Positions 20,587 to 30,251 of a DNA stretch of 32,000 bases are shown piece after piece. Both the position numbers and the translations under genes were made by a program. Source of the stretch: a cyanobacterium endosymbiont of Braarudosphaera bigelowii (GTDB lineage Bacteria; Cyanobacteriota; Cyanobacteriia; Cyanobacteriales; Microcystaceae); NCBI RefSeq assembly GCF_020885515.1, contig NZ_AP024987.1:1320001-1352000 (forward strand). The letters run 5' to 3'. Numbering within the stretch: position 1 is the stretch's first letter; each line of letters starts with the position of its first letter. The notes beneath the pieces were generated by a model. The model worked only from the letters and a program-made list of their open reading frames with translations. It was not told the DNA's origin and made no database searches.

Positions 20587-21816
20587 ATGGCAAGAGAGAA
20601 ATTTCAACGAACAAAACCTCATGTTAATATTGGAACTATTGGTCATGTTGACCATGGTAAAACAACTTTGACAGCTGCTATAACAATGACTTTAGCTGCT
20701 AGTGGTAATGCTAAAGCTCGTAACTACGAAGATATTGATGCGGCACCAGAAGAAAAAGCTCGTGGTATTACTATTAATACTGCTCACGTTGAGTATGAGA
20801 CAGCAAATCGTCACTATGCTCACGTTGATTGTCCTGGCCACGCTGATTATGTCAAAAATATGATCACTGGAGCAGCACAAATGGATGGTGGTATACTAGT
20901 TGTCTCTGCTGCTGATGGTCCCATGCCACAAACACGTGAGCATATTCTATTAGCCAAACAAGTAGGAGTTCCAAGCTTAGTAGTCTTTTTAAATAAACAA
21001 GATCAAGTTGATGATGAAGAACTTCTCGAACTTGTTGAGCTAGAGGTCAGAGAATTATTAAGCGAATATGATTTTCCGGGGGATGATATTCCTATAGTAT
21101 CTGGATCAGCTTTAATGGCAATTGAAGCACTGAAAGACAACCCTCAAATTCAAAAAGGTGAGAATCCTTGGACAGATAAGATCTTGGCACTGATGGATGC
21201 TGTAGATGCTAGTATCTCTGAACCAGAAAGGGAAATAGACAAACCATTTTTAATGGCAGTAGAAGACGTATTCTCAATTTCTGGTCGTGGAACCGTTGCT
21301 ACTGGAAGAATTGAACGCGGTAAGGTCAAAGTAGGCGAAACTGTTGCTATTATAGGTATTAGAGATACACAGTCTACTACTGTTACAGGCGTAGAGATGT
21401 TCCAAAAAACTCTTGATGAAGGGTTAGCAGGAGATAACGTTGGTCTTCTTTTGAGAGGTACTAAAAAAGATGATATTGAACGAGGAATGGTAATAGCTAA
21501 AACTGGTTCTATTACTCCTCACACTTTATTTGAAGGGGAAGTATATGTTTTAACAAAAGAAGAAGGTGGACGTCATACACCCTTTTTCAAAAATTATCGC
21601 CCTCAGTTTTATGTACGTACTACTGACGTAACAGGAACTATTCAAGATTATACAGCTGATGATGGTACAGCTGTAGAAATGGTAATGCCTGGAGACCGTA
21701 TTAAAATGACTGTTGAATTAATCAGTCCTATTGCTATTGAACAAGGAATGCGCTTTGCAATTCGTGAAGGAGGCCGCACAATCGGTGCGGGAGTCGTTTC
21801 TAAAATTGTTCAATAG
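20587..21816 (+). CDS. tufA: Translation elongation factor Tu
   Basis: 409 aa; [63 protein letters not shown]. Confidence 0.99.
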   Translation: MAREKFQRTKPHVNIGTIGHVDHGKTTLTAAITMTLAASGNAKARNYEDIDAAPEEKARGITINTAHVEYETANRHYAHVDCPGHADYVKNMITGAAQMDGGILVVSAADGPMPQTREHILLAKQVGVPSLVVFLNKQDQVDDEELLELVELEVRELLSEYDFPGDDIPIVSGSALMAIEALKDNPQIQKGENPWTDKILALMDAVDASISEPEREIDKPFLMAVEDVFSISGRGTVATGRIERGKVKVGETVAIIGIRDTQSTTVTGVEMFQKTLDEGLAGDNVGLLLRGTKKDDIERGMVIAKTGSITPHTLFEGEVYVLTKEEGGRHTPFFKNYRPQFYVRTTDVTGTIQDYTADDGTAVEMVMPGDRIKMTVELISPIAIEQGMRFAIREGGRTIGAGVVSKIVQ

Positions 21817-21832
21817 AACAACTAAATAATAA

Positions 21833-21876
21833 TAGCTGACTAGTATAAGGGTAAATTATCTCTTACTAGTCAGCTA
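21833..21876. repeat. Perfect 13-bp inverted repeat between tufA and rpsJ
   Basis: TAGCTGACTAGTA (21833-21845) / TACTAGTCAGCTA (21864-21876), 18-nt loop. Confidence 0.85.
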
Positions 21877-21927
21877 CTACCTTAAAATTTCATTGAACTA
21901 ATTACTGAACCTTGAAAATTAAACATT

Positions 21928-22245
21928 ATGGCCACTCTAGCACAACAAAAAATTCGTATCCGATTAAAAGCATTTGACCGTCGTTTATTAGATACCTCTT
22001 GCGAAAAAATTGTTGACACAGCTAATCGTACTGATGCAACAGCGGTAGGGCCTATTCCTCTACCGACTAAAAAACGAATCTATTGCGTCTTAAGATCACC
22101 TCATGTTGATAAAGACTCAAGAGAGCATTTTGAAACTAGAACTCATCGCCGCATTATTGATATCTATCAGCCTTCATCTAAAACTATTGATGCATTGATG
22201 AAATTAGATTTACCTGCAGGTGTAGAAATCGAAGTTAAACTTTAA
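21928..22245 (+). CDS. rpsJ: 30S ribosomal protein S10
   Basis: 105 aa; [46 protein letters not shown]. Confidence 0.99.
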   Translation: MATLAQQKIRIRLKAFDRRLLDTSCEKIVDTANRTDATAVGPIPLPTKKRIYCVLRSPHVDKDSREHFETRTHRRIIDIYQPSSKTIDALMKLDLPAGVEIEVKL

Positions 22246-22271
22246 TTTAAAAATGCAGAAATAGCTTTTCG

Positions 22272-22297
22272 GATAGGAGTGAGTTTTCACTCCTATC
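22272..22297. terminator. Candidate terminator-like hairpin between convergent rpsJ and NnrU-like gene
   Basis: GATAGGAGTGA-GTTT-TCACTCCTATC, 11-bp perfect stem with 4-nt loop; lies 27 bp after the rpsJ stop and lacks a clear U-run on either side. Confidence 0.5.
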
Positions 22298-22395
22298 TAA
22301 TATAAAAAAATAATCTTATAAGAAATATTTTGTTGAGATTATTTTAAAACTAATGTAAAAATCAACATAAAGTATTTTTAATTTGTTGAATTTAG

Positions 22396-23109
22396 CTAAA
22401 ATAATTGAAGATGACAGAACCAGATTAAGAGTATAAATCCAAATACTCCAACATAAGCAGGTCGTAAGAATTCATTTAATAACAAAGTTTGACGACCATC
22501 TAAAATTGCTAGAAACGGGACTATTGAAGTTCTCTGTTTTGCATAAATAAATTGTTCTCCATAAAGTTTTTCAAGGCGATAATCACCATGCCATATTGCA
22601 AATAAATGATATGTGATTAAAATTAAAGAGGTCATCACTGTAAAACTACTACCAATCCATAAAGTATGAGCAATACACCATATTACCTGTCCTACCATTT
22701 GAGGATGACGACAAACTCTCAGTATCCCTGTTTTATGTAAATGTACTTTAGGTTCATTAATAGCAGCAATTTCTAAAAGATTAAAAGTAGATGGATATAA
22801 GAAAAAAAATGATATTGCAGAAAGTAACCAAACTACAACCTTAACTGCTAAAAATTCTTGAAATTGCCATAAAATCAAGCCATCATAACGGTGGTAGAAG
22901 AAGTAAACAATTAGAAAGATAGCTATAGGAAGATTTACTAAAACAAAAAAAATTCTGTAAAATCTTACTCCAATTTTAGCTTCTCCCCATGTTCTTAAGG
23001 CTGCTAAACCACTGTGAAAAACACTAAATACCAATAATAATCCCAACATAATTAAATGACTTGTTGTTAGCCAAGCGGTTAATTCCATATCTCTATAACC
23101 AATCCACAT
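22396..23109 (-). CDS. NnrU family integral membrane protein (15-cis-zeta-carotene isomerase Z-ISO-like)
   Basis: 237 aa; FSVFHSGLAALR, GVRFYRIFFVLVN, TGILRVCRHPQMVGQVIWCIAHTLWIG, multiple TM helices. Confidence 0.7.
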   Translation of the reverse strand: MWIGYRDMELTAWLTTSHLIMLGLLLVFSVFHSGLAALRTWGEAKIGVRFYRIFFVLVNLPIAIFLIVYFFYHRYDGLILWQFQEFLAVKVVVWLLSAISFFFLYPSTFNLLEIAAINEPKVHLHKTGILRVCRHPQMVGQVIWCIAHTLWIGSSFTVMTSLILITYHLFAIWHGDYRLEKLYGEQFIYAKQRTSIVPFLAILDGRQTLLLNEFLRPAYVGVFGFILLIWFCHLQLF

Positions 23110-23293
23110 AATATTAAATTAATTTATTATTCTATTTTAAGATCTTAGAATATATCAGTCTTTGTGTTATGTTACTCTCGTATTTAATTAAATTTTTCTG
23201 CTTTTTGAAACTTTTATATTAAGAATATTATGTAATTATTAATTATTCTAGTTGCTCTTTATACTGACTTTTTAAATATTTTTTGATGATTTT

Positions 23294-24295
23294 ATGTCAG
23301 ACATTCCTTTCACTTTAGACCAATTGCGTATTCTCAAGGCAATAGCTGCTGAGGGGAGTTTTAAACGAGCAGCTGACACACTTTATATCTCTCAGCCTGC
23401 AGTTAGCCTTCAGGTACAAAATTTAGAAAAACAATTAAATATACCATTATTTGATCGTGGAGGTCGCAAAGCACAATTAACAGAAGCTGGACGTTTACTA
23501 TTGTCATATGGGGAAAAAATTATTACTCTTTGTAGAGAGACTTGTCGCGCAGTTGAAGATCTACAAAATCTTAACGGAGGGACTTTAATTATAGGAGCTT
23601 CGGAAACAACTGGAACTTACTTATTACCTAGAATGATTGGATTATTTAGACAAAAATATCCTGATATAGTGGTTCAGTTACAAATACATTCAACCAGAAG
23701 AACAGCCTGGGGAGTTAATAATGGACAAGTTGATCTAGCTATTATTGGAGGAGATATTCCCAATGAATTACAAGATGTATTGAAAGTAATTCCTTATATC
23801 AAAGACGAATTAGCACTTATACTACCAGCGAACCATCCTTTATCAAAAGTTAAAACAATTCAAAAAGATGACTTATATCGTCTAAATTTTATTAGCTTAG
23901 ATTCCCAGTCTACTATTAGAAGAGTAATTGAAAAAAACTTAAATTGTTGCGGTATTAATACAAAGCGTCTCAATATAGAAATGGAACTAAATTCGATAGA
24001 AGCTGTTAAAAATGCAGTTCAGGCAGGTTTAGGCGCAGCTTTTGTTTCAATTACTGCAATTGAAAAAGAACTAAAGACAAAAGAAATCTATGTGGCTAAT
24101 ATTGAAAAAATAAAAGTTAAGAGAACACTGTCAGTTATAGTAAATCCTAATCGTTATCGTTCAAAGGCTTCAGAAACATTTATCAAAGAAATATTACCAA
24201 GATTTTCGAGCTATTATGAAAAATCAACTTTAGAATATTTTTCGATACCATCTAGTTATATAGAAGAAGTTAGCGAAAATATTAATTCGGTTTAA
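23294..24295 (+). CDS. rbcR: LysR-type transcriptional regulator, RbcR/CbbR (Ycf30)-like
   Basis: 333 aa; [61 protein letters not shown]; effector domain [30 protein letters not shown]. Confidence 0.75.
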   Translation: MSDIPFTLDQLRILKAIAAEGSFKRAADTLYISQPAVSLQVQNLEKQLNIPLFDRGGRKAQLTEAGRLLLSYGEKIITLCRETCRAVEDLQNLNGGTLIIGASETTGTYLLPRMIGLFRQKYPDIVVQLQIHSTRRTAWGVNNGQVDLAIIGGDIPNELQDVLKVIPYIKDELALILPANHPLSKVKTIQKDDLYRLNFISLDSQSTIRRVIEKNLNCCGINTKRLNIEMELNSIEAVKNAVQAGLGAAFVSITAIEKELKTKEIYVANIEKIKVKRTLSVIVNPNRYRSKASETFIKEILPRFSSYYEKSTLEYFSIPSSYIEEVSENINSV

Positions 24296-24527
24296 ATTAT
24301 TAAAGGTTTTCAAATAACATCTAATAGTTAATTTTATTATGTTACTAATAAACTATAAGTTAAGTAACTCTAGAGATATTGCTAATATTATTTATACATT
24401 TAAGTCAATAATTAATAAAACAAGGATATTTAATTTAAAAGTATCTATCAAACTGTTGAACTGATAAGTTTTAAAATATCCTTGATAAATTACTACATCT
24501 TATGATGAATAGCTTATTCTTTTTCAT

Positions 24528-24932
24528 TTAATCATCATCGATAGGAAGCCCCAGTCTAACATTTCTTTTCCCATAATATTGCCCAAATTGTAACTCATAT
24601 ACCTCATCTTCATCCTGAGTCTCTACTTCTAGATTTGATTTGGGATAGCTTACACATAAAAGTGCATAACCTTTTTCTCTTAATTCATGAGACAATCCTA
24701 TTGCTTCTGTTTGCTCAATTTCTCCTGATAGAATTTTTACAGCACAACTAGTACAAGCTCCATTACGGCACGAAAATGGAAGCTCATATCCTTGGCTTTC
24801 TGCACTGTGCAAAATGTAAGAGTCACTGGGAACTTCAAGAATGTACTCATCATCTACTTGACGGTGGTGTATGCGAATTGTATGGTGGTGGCTCATAGGT
24901 AAACAAAAATTAACTATAGATGTTGTAAACAA
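24528..24932 (-). CDS. Plant-type [2Fe-2S] ferredoxin with C-terminal extension
   Basis: CRNGACTSCAVKILSG...LLCVSYPKSNLEVETQDEDEVYELQFGQYYGKRNVRLGLPIDDD; CxxxxCxxC..C ligand set. True start may be the internal ATG at 24896 (MSHHH...). Confidence 0.88.
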   Translation of the reverse strand: MFTTSIVNFCLPMSHHHTIRIHHRQVDDEYILEVPSDSYILHSAESQGYELPFSCRNGACTSCAVKILSGEIEQTEAIGLSHELREKGYALLCVSYPKSNLEVETQDEDEVYELQFGQYYGKRNVRLGLPIDDD

Positions 24933-24996
24933 TTAATCTTACAAAAACAAAAATTTTCAGTATTCATACTATTTTTAGTAAAATATAACTGTAATT

Positions 24997-26169
24997 TTAA
25001 TATTGAGGAATACTAGTATCAACTTCTTGACTCCAAGCATTAATGCCTCCTTTAAGATTAGTTCCTATGATATCAAATTTTTCTAAAGTCTTTAGAGCTT
25101 TTATTGATCGTCCTCCCATCTTACAGTGAACAATTAAGCGTTTATTCTTTATTAAATTTTTAATTTGTGGAATTTTTGTACCATCTTCTATACTCGTTAA
25201 TGGTATTAAAACTGAGCCACTAATATATGCAATTTCGTATTCATTAATATTTCTAACATCAATTAATACAAAAGAACCTGATTCTAAGTCCATTAATTTT
25301 TTAAGATCTTGAACTGTTATTTCAGGAATCATAGTGTTATCTTTAGGCTTAACTATTGAGCCATGAGGAATGCTACAAAATTCCTCATAATCGATCAACT
25401 TATCTATAGCAGGGAGATTAGGATTACGTCTTAACCTCAACTCCCTAAAAGTCATATCCCAAGCATTGTATAAAAGCAAACGTCCACTCAAAGTATTATT
25501 AGAACCTAATATGATTTTAATAGTTTCCGTAGCTTGAATTGTTCCAATAATACCGGGTAATACTCCTAAAACACCTCCTTCAGCACAAGATGGAACCATT
25601 CCTGGTGGTGGAGGCTCTGGAAATAGATCTCTATAATTAGGGCCTCCTTTGTAATTAAAAACTGTTGCTTGTCCTTCAAATCTGAAAATTGAACCGTAAA
25701 CATTAGGCTTATTTAACAAAACACAAGCATCATTTATTAAATATCGTGTAGGAAAATTATCTGTTCCATCTACAACTACATCATAAGGTTTCAAAATTTC
25801 AATAGCATTTTCAGAAGAAAGACGATTTTTATATAAATCAACTTGACATGTAGGATTTATTTCTAGGATCCTATTCTTTGCGGATTCTATTTTTAGTTTA
25901 CCAACCCATGAAGTACTATGTATTATTTGACGTTGTAAATTAGAACTGTCAACAACATCAAAGTCAACAATACCAATATGTCCTATTCCAGCAGCAGCCA
26001 GGTAAAGCAATAAAGGAGAACCTAAACCACCAGTTCCAATACAGACAACACTAGCAGCTTTTAATTTTTTCTGACCTTCTAGTCCAACTTCTGGGAGGAT
26101 AATATGACGTGAATATCTTTCAATTTCTTCTTTGTCGAGTGTAACTGTTTCTAAATTAGGATTTATCAT
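24997..26169 (-). CDS. moeB: MoeB/ThiF-family adenylyltransferase fused to rhodanese domain
   Basis: 390 aa; GTGGLGSPLLLYLAAAGIGHIGIVDFD, SNLQRQI, DGTDNFPTRYLIND, VPSCAEGGVLGVLPG; C-terminal rhodanese with LIVHCKMGGRS. Confidence 0.85.
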   Translation of the reverse strand: MINPNLETVTLDKEEIERYSRHIILPEVGLEGQKKLKAASVVCIGTGGLGSPLLLYLAAAGIGHIGIVDFDVVDSSNLQRQIIHSTSWVGKLKIESAKNRILEINPTCQVDLYKNRLSSENAIEILKPYDVVVDGTDNFPTRYLINDACVLLNKPNVYGSIFRFEGQATVFNYKGGPNYRDLFPEPPPPGMVPSCAEGGVLGVLPGIIGTIQATETIKIILGSNNTLSGRLLLYNAWDMTFRELRLRRNPNLPAIDKLIDYEEFCSIPHGSIVKPKDNTMIPEITVQDLKKLMDLESGSFVLIDVRNINEYEIAYISGSVLIPLTSIEDGTKIPQIKNLIKNKRLIVHCKMGGRSIKALKTLEKFDIIGTNLKGGINAWSQEVDTSIPQY

Positions 26170-26492
26170 ATCTGATCACGCCAATACGTTTAAATAAGAG
26201 TGTAATTGTCAATGTAAAGAAAGACTTATCTGAGCTATTGTACCCATTATTTATTTTAGATTTAAATGTAAGTTATTTATACTTAACAAAAGTAATAATT
26301 TAATATTTTATTTTAAAACACTTATGTAGATGATAAAGCATTAATATGTTCCTAAAATATTCATCAATTTTGCTCGGAGTCTTTTTGATCCTAGCTAACT
26401 TTAGCTATATATTACATGCTTTAAATAACATTTATAGAATTAAATCTTTACAAATTGGTATATCTTGAAAATTTAAGCTATTAACTCTTATT

Positions 26493-28484
26493 CTATATTG
26501 GATATATATTTACCGTTCTTGATAAAGTATTAGTATTTTTAGAACTTTCCAAAGAAGGACAATTGTCTTGAAAAAGAGCTAAGTCAAACCAAAAAGTTGT
26601 TCCAACACCAACTTCGCTAATAAGATTAATTTGACTATGATGCTTGTTTATAATGTTTGTGACAATAGAAAGTCCTAGGCCAGTACCCTCGAGAGTATGA
26701 ACCCTATTCTCTACTCTGAAAAAACGATCAAAAATTGCAGTTTGGTCTTCGGGAGCAATTCCAATTCCAGTATCAGATATTTCTATTCTAACAAATGACT
26801 TATTATTAAATTGTTTAGATTTAACTTTGAAGTGATAGGCACGAACAACAATTGCTCCACCAGAAGGAGTGAATTTAAGAGCATTGCCAACTAAATTAGT
26901 TATTACTTGTAGTAGTAGGTCATAATGTCCTAATACTAAAGGTAAATTAGAATTAACTTCTTTATATAAAGTTAACTCTTTATCTTTTGCATTTAATCTA
27001 TACGTTCTAATGGTTTGTTCAATTAGTTGAGAAAGATCTACTGCACTTAAATAATAAGTTTTAAAGGATTCTAAACGAGATAAATCTAAAACATCATTAA
27101 CTAAGCGAGTTAAGCGATCAGTTTCATGGTTGGCAGTTTCTAAAAATTCTTTTCTTTCCATCTCTGTGAGATCTTCTCCAAACTCTGTAAGAGTCTCAAT
27201 AAAAGATTTTATATTGAATAAAGGAGTTCTTAATTCATGGGATACATTGCTTATAAATTGACTTTTAGCTTCATTTAATCCTACTTCTCTAGTGATATCT
27301 TGTACTGTCATAGCGATTCCTTTTAAATCTCTATGTTGGTCAAAAACTGGGGTTAAAAGAACGCGAACAATTCTTGATGTTGGTTGCTGAAGTTTAATTC
27401 GATATTCTTCCGGCAATATTCTTTGCTCTACATGTGTATTATTAGTATGATGACTTTTCCGCATCATTTCTTGTAATGGAAGTTGAAGCTGATTGGTTAG
27501 CTCCTTAGGTAAAAGTTTTAGCACATTCTCGCCTATTAAGTTTATTCTATTCCAATCAAACATACGTCTGGCTGTAGGATTAACTAATAGAAGATTGAGA
27601 CTAGTGTCTAACAATATTGCTCCATCAATAATTGTTGAAACTAAGGTATCTAACTTTGCTTTTTCTGCTGTTAATTCTTCAATATTGTGCTCTTCATGAC
27701 TTTCAAGACGCTTAGCCATTTCATTGAAGTTAAAAATTAATTCTCCTAACTCCCCACCAAACGGAAGATTAATACGTTGTTTAAAATTACCTGTTGAGAT
27801 ATTTTTAACTCCAACCAATAATTCTTTAATAGGGCGTGTGATAGTTAAAGCATTAAACACTGCTCCTAAAATAACCATAACCCAAATAGATACAAATACT
27901 GCAATAGTTACATCACGAGTTAAATTAGACGAATTGACAACAGTTGCATTTGGGTTAATTCCTATCGCTAAAAAGCCTAAATCCTTATCTTCATGTTTTA
28001 AAGAAACAAAAACATCAGTAACTTTACCATTTGGACTTTTGTGTTGCTGTACTATAGGTAAATTATCATTATCAGAAGCTGTATTTGGTAGTTTAATACT
28101 ACGTTGAACGGTTGAGCAGTTTTGAACTTCTGTTGAAGAATAAGGAATCGCAAAAAATATATGTCCTTCCTTATCAGCATAAATCATATAACGAACACTA
28201 GAAGTACTTTGATAAAATCTATTTGAGAAACGAGCGACCTCTGTTAAATTATCTTCAGCAATTAAAGGAGCAATATTAGAGGCTAATAATAAGCCAAGAT
28301 CTCTACCAAAACGCGTATCATTTAGTCGAGCATCTTTCTGAATAATATTAACTGCCCAAAAGGTCAAACTACTCATGAATAAAGAAACTGCCAAGGTTAC
28401 AGCTGCCATTAATTTGGTTTGCAGCGTAAATTCTGACCACCAGCGTTTCATGATTTTTTTGACTGTATTTAAAGGATTTAACAA
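26493..28484 (-). CDS. nblS: Membrane sensor histidine kinase, NblS/Hik33 (DspA)-like
   Basis: 663 aa; two TM segments flanking a periplasmic domain, HAMP (ITRPIKELLVGVKNISTGNF), PAS, H-box FISNVSHELRTPLFNIKSF, N-box NLVGNALKFTPSGG, G-box EGTGLGLSIV. Confidence 0.82.
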   Translation of the reverse strand: MLNPLNTVKKIMKRWWSEFTLQTKLMAAVTLAVSLFMSSLTFWAVNIIQKDARLNDTRFGRDLGLLLASNIAPLIAEDNLTEVARFSNRFYQSTSSVRYMIYADKEGHIFFAIPYSSTEVQNCSTVQRSIKLPNTASDNDNLPIVQQHKSPNGKVTDVFVSLKHEDKDLGFLAIGINPNATVVNSSNLTRDVTIAVFVSIWVMVILGAVFNALTITRPIKELLVGVKNISTGNFKQRINLPFGGELGELIFNFNEMAKRLESHEEHNIEELTAEKAKLDTLVSTIIDGAILLDTSLNLLLVNPTARRMFDWNRINLIGENVLKLLPKELTNQLQLPLQEMMRKSHHTNNTHVEQRILPEEYRIKLQQPTSRIVRVLLTPVFDQHRDLKGIAMTVQDITREVGLNEAKSQFISNVSHELRTPLFNIKSFIETLTEFGEDLTEMERKEFLETANHETDRLTRLVNDVLDLSRLESFKTYYLSAVDLSQLIEQTIRTYRLNAKDKELTLYKEVNSNLPLVLGHYDLLLQVITNLVGNALKFTPSGGAIVVRAYHFKVKSKQFNNKSFVRIEISDTGIGIAPEDQTAIFDRFFRVENRVHTLEGTGLGLSIVTNIINKHHSQINLISEVGVGTTFWFDLALFQDNCPSLESSKNTNTLSRTVNIYPI

Positions 28485-28654
28485 AATTGATTTACATTTA
28501 TAAATTTATAATTTGTGATTTTTGATTATATCTATAAAGTTATTTTAGCTTGTTTAGACTATAGGTATGAATTGGATAGTTAATTTTTTGAAAATTACAG
28601 TTGAAAACTATAACTTATTATGTTATTATTATTTTCTGTTAGGCAAATAAAAAA

Positions 28655-28736
28655 GGGTCGATGCCCGAGTGGTTAATGGGGGCGGACTGTAAATCCGCTG
28701 GCTATGCCTACGCTGGTTCAAATCCAGCTCGGCCCA
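28655..28736 (+). tRNA. tRNA-Tyr (anticodon GTA)
   Basis: Acceptor GGGTCGA/TCGGCCC, anticodon loop CTGTAAA, long variable arm, T-arm GGTTCAAATCC; 3' CCA not encoded. Confidence 0.93.
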
Positions 28737-28742
28737 CCTTTT

Positions 28743-28814
28743 GCCCGTGTGGCTCAGTGGTAGAGCACACCCTTGGTAAGGGTGAGGTCACGAGTTCAAT
28801 CCTCGTCACGGGCT
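28743..28814 (+). tRNA. tRNA-Thr (anticodon GGT)
   Basis: Acceptor GCCCGTG/CACGGGC, anticodon stem-loop CCCTTGGTAAGGG, T-arm GAGTTCAATCCTC; 3' CCA not encoded. Confidence 0.94.
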
Positions 28815-28942
28815 CTCGCTATATAAAAATTAATAACAAGTAATCTGCAGAAAAACATATCATAAATGATTAAAATTCTGCATAGTGATTATTTATACAA
28901 GTATTAAGTATTTTAAAACGTCACTGTTTATTTTCTGGGCTA

Positions 28943-28957
28943 TACGTTAATAACGTA
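28943..28957. promoter_or_regulatory. Palindrome TACGTTA-A-TAACGTA upstream of recA (possible operator)
   Basis: Perfect 7+1+7 palindrome about 68 bp upstream of the recA ATG. Confidence 0.35.
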
Positions 28958-29024
28958 GTAATATAAGCTTAATCGGGCATCTTCTATATTACAAAATATT
29001 TATATGAAGTAAATAAAGGTATCA

Positions 29025-30065
29025 ATGGCTTCTACTACAAATAATAATGATAAAGAAAAAGCTTTAGACTTAATTCTCAGCCAAATTGAGCGAAATTTTG
29101 GAAAAGGGGCTATTATGCGCCTTGGAGATGCAGCTAAAATGAAAGTAGAGACTGTTTCTACTGGCGCCTTAACACTTGATTTGGCTTTAGGAGGAGGATT
29201 GCCAAAAGGAAGAATAATAGAGATCTATGGACCTGAAAGTTCTGGTAAGACGACATTAACACTCCATGCCATTGCGGAAGTGCAAAAAACTGGAGGAGTC
29301 GCCGCTTTCGTAGATGCAGAGCATGCTTTGGATCCAAGTTATGCTTCTGTATTAGGTGTTGATATTCATAATCTTTTAGTAGCTCAGCCTGATACAGGAG
29401 AATCAGCTTTAGAGATAGTAGACCAATTAGTACGTTCATCTGCTGTTGATATTATAGTCATAGATTCTGTTGCAGCATTAGTTCCCCGTGCAGAAATAGA
29501 GGGAGAAATGGGCGACACTCAAGTTGGCCTGCAAGCACGATTAATGAGTAAAGCATTACGAAAAATTGCAGGTAATATTGGTAGATCTGGATGTCTAGTT
29601 ATTTTTCTCAATCAATTAAGACAAAAAATTGGAGTCACATATGGAAATCCTGAAGTAACCACTGGAGGGACTGCATTAAAGTTTTATGCATCAGTACGTC
29701 TAGATATTCGTCGTATTCAGACCTTAAAGAAAGGTACTGAAGGTGAATATGGAATTAGGGCTAAAGTAAAAGTGGCTAAAAATAAAGTTGCTCCACCATT
29801 TCGAATTGCTGAATTTGATATTATTTTTGGTCAAGGAATTTCCAATATAGGATGCATAGTTGACTTAGCAGAGCAAACTAATGTAATCAGCCGAAAAGGA
29901 TCTTGGTATAGTTATAATGGAGACAATATCTCTCAAGGAAGAGATAATGCTATTAAATATTTAGAAGAAAACTCCAATTTTACACAGACTATTGAACGTC
30001 TAGTCCGCGAAAAATTAGCTTTAGGTCCTTTGGAATTAGATGTTTGTTCAGAAAATGATAAGTAA
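29025..30065 (+). CDS. recA: Recombinase A
   Basis: 346 aa; [71 protein letters not shown]. Confidence 0.99.
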   Translation: MASTTNNNDKEKALDLILSQIERNFGKGAIMRLGDAAKMKVETVSTGALTLDLALGGGLPKGRIIEIYGPESSGKTTLTLHAIAEVQKTGGVAAFVDAEHALDPSYASVLGVDIHNLLVAQPDTGESALEIVDQLVRSSAVDIIVIDSVAALVPRAEIEGEMGDTQVGLQARLMSKALRKIAGNIGRSGCLVIFLNQLRQKIGVTYGNPEVTTGGTALKFYASVRLDIRRIQTLKKGTEGEYGIRAKVKVAKNKVAPPFRIAEFDIIFGQGISNIGCIVDLAEQTNVISRKGSWYSYNGDNISQGRDNAIKYLEENSNFTQTIERLVREKLALGPLELDVCSENDK

Positions 30066-30251
30066 TAGAATTCATTTCTTTTTGCTAACAAAAAATATCT
30101 ATTTGTCATAAAATAACTTTATCAATAATTATCTAGATTTATTTATAATTAAAAGAACTGTGTTAACATCTTGGATGGTTAATACATAAATAAGTTACTT
30201 CCGAAGATAGACAATCAAAGATCTGTGGAGGAGTTTACAGGAGTACTAAGT

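Noticed and set aside
20692-20880. 62-aa antisense ORF in tufA
   Set aside because: Shadow ORF in a highly conserved gene.
27493-28107. Two plus-strand ORFs (68 and 127 aa) opposite the histidine kinase gene
   Set aside because: Both sit wholly inside the kinase CDS with no independent support.
28661-28843. 60-aa ORF MPEWLMGADCKSAGYAYAGSNPARPTF...
   Set aside because: It overlies the tRNA-Tyr and tRNA-Thr genes; it is a translation artefact of tRNA sequence.
29158-29439. 93-aa antisense ORF in recA
   Set aside because: Shadow of recA.
30225-30251. GTG-initiated N-terminal extension MEEFTGVLS of the oxidoreductase
   Set aside because: The extension overlaps an apparent Shine-Dalgarno (aggag) for ATG 30252, so the downstream start is more plausible.
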